DNA of 64,000 nucleotides from Mobula hypostoma (lineage: Eukaryota), in contig NC_086108.1 in the NCBI RefSeq assembly GCF_963921235.1, positions 37,572,001 through 37,636,000 of the forward strand. The letters are read 5' to 3'. Positions 63,235 through 64,000 of the stretch are shown here, piece by piece (positions within the stretch are counted from its first letter, which is position 1; each line of letters starts with the position of its first letter). A program made the position numbers and the translations under genes. Under the pieces are notes generated by a model that was given only the letters and a program-made list of their open reading frames with translations, was not told the origin of the DNA and did no database searches.

Positions 63235-63874
63235 GTACCTCTTCCTAGCGATGCTGCCTGGCCTGCTGCGTTCACCAACAACTTTGATGTGTGTTGCTTG
63301 AATTTGCAGCATCTGCAGAATTCCTGGTGTTTGCGAAAGAATTCCTGTTCACATACATTGCCCACAGATAATACATTCAAAATGGGCAGTTTTCTGAGCA
63401 AGACAGACTCAACCTCCAGGAAGCAATGTTGCTCTTACTATCAATATTTTTGCTTATAATGATGTTGTTTAGTGCTGACTTACTTACCATTTGCTCTTTC
63501 ACAAAGTCACATTTACTATGGAAATTGTCTCATCTGACACAGATAACCCAAAAACTTAATGACTCAGAAATTATTAAATTCAGGGGATCCGTGAGCATGA
63601 TGATTCTAATTTAAATATCACTAAATGGCCCTTATCTCTTGGTCATTTGTGAACGAATATTACTGGATCCTTAGTCCTTGCCTCTGGCAAAGTGATTGTC
63701 CACTTCATTCACTCTGAACACATTGCAGAGAAAGGAACGTAGATGCATGGGAAGGCAAAGAATCACTTATGGAAATGATTAATAACATCCCAACAAAACT
63801 GAAAGATTCCAGCACACAAATTCTGGTACTGAGATTCCAGCCCTGACCCAGTATAGCTATACCGATCAGTTATA

Positions 63875-64000
63875 CTAGATAGGGTGTTATGTAATAAACC
63901 AGAGGCGATTAGGGAGCTTAAGGTAAAGGAACCCTTAGGAGCCAGTGATCACAATATGATCGAGTTCAACTTGAAATTTGATAGGGAGGAAGTAAAATCT
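63875..64000 (+). mobile_element. CR1 endonuclease fragment, running off the window end
   Basis: ILDRVLCNKPEAIRELKVKEPLGASDHNMIEF (SDH motif). Confidence 0.85.

Larger units (their letters stand above)
62624..63334. mobile_element. Penelope-like element fragment (GIY-YIG C-terminus and inverted pLTR)
   Basis: 13-bp TSD GAAAGAATTCCTG (62611-62623 and 63335-63347); minus-strand FNSTSHSHSDMSIHGL...RLEEQHLIFRLGSLQPDGMNIDF; 62627-62738 is inverted relative to 63152-63263. Confidence 0.9.
62467..63860 (+). pseudogene. env: Foamy-type Env leader peptide and SU N-terminal remnant, split by a Penelope insertion
   Basis: Hydrophobic LLLLSIFLLIMMLFS (from 63426), then NITKWP, FIHSEHIA, MEMIN and EIP in the same order as PFV NMTSIP, MINSENIA, TEMVN and FEIP (recalled). 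Confidence 0.6.
56740..63870 (+). mobile_element. Endogenous foamy-virus-like retrovirus (spumaretrovirus-related), degraded provirus: gag, partial pol (IN), env
   Basis: Collinear gag, integrase and env remnants, each with foamy-type motifs (see sub-features); interrupted by CR1, Rex1 and Penelope insertions; boundaries uncertain. Confidence 0.8.

Noticed and set aside
1-64000. Prokaryotic systems (operons, CRISPR-Cas, defence islands)
   Set aside because: The sequence is vertebrate intronic DNA; there are no long ORFs or operon structure.

Overview
Eukaryotic, repeat-dense vertebrate DNA. The repeat mix (CR1, Rex1/Babar and Penelope-type retroelements, Tc1/mariner, Harbinger) suggests a cartilaginous fish such as a ray or shark (inference). 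The only host coding sequence I can support is one 307-nt minus-strand exon of the Na+-activated K+ channel KCNT2/Slick (5036-5342); the rest appears to be intron filled with nested, decayed transposons. The most notable object is a degraded endogenous foamy-virus-like (spumaretrovirus-related) provirus on the + strand at ~56.7-63.9 kb. It keeps foamy-type Gag capsid, integrase (core and C-terminal domain) and Env leader/SU remnants in gag-pol-env order, lacks PR-RT-RNase H, and is split by CR1, Rex1 and Penelope insertions. Also present: Penelope-derived fold-back inserts carrying minimal hammerhead ribozymes with 13-15-bp target-site duplications (TSDs), a solo LTR with TSD, a full-length Passport-like Tc1, a palindromic mariner MITE and two Harbinger derivatives. 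Protein comparisons are from memory of reference sequences, not from searches; LINE boundaries are approximate.
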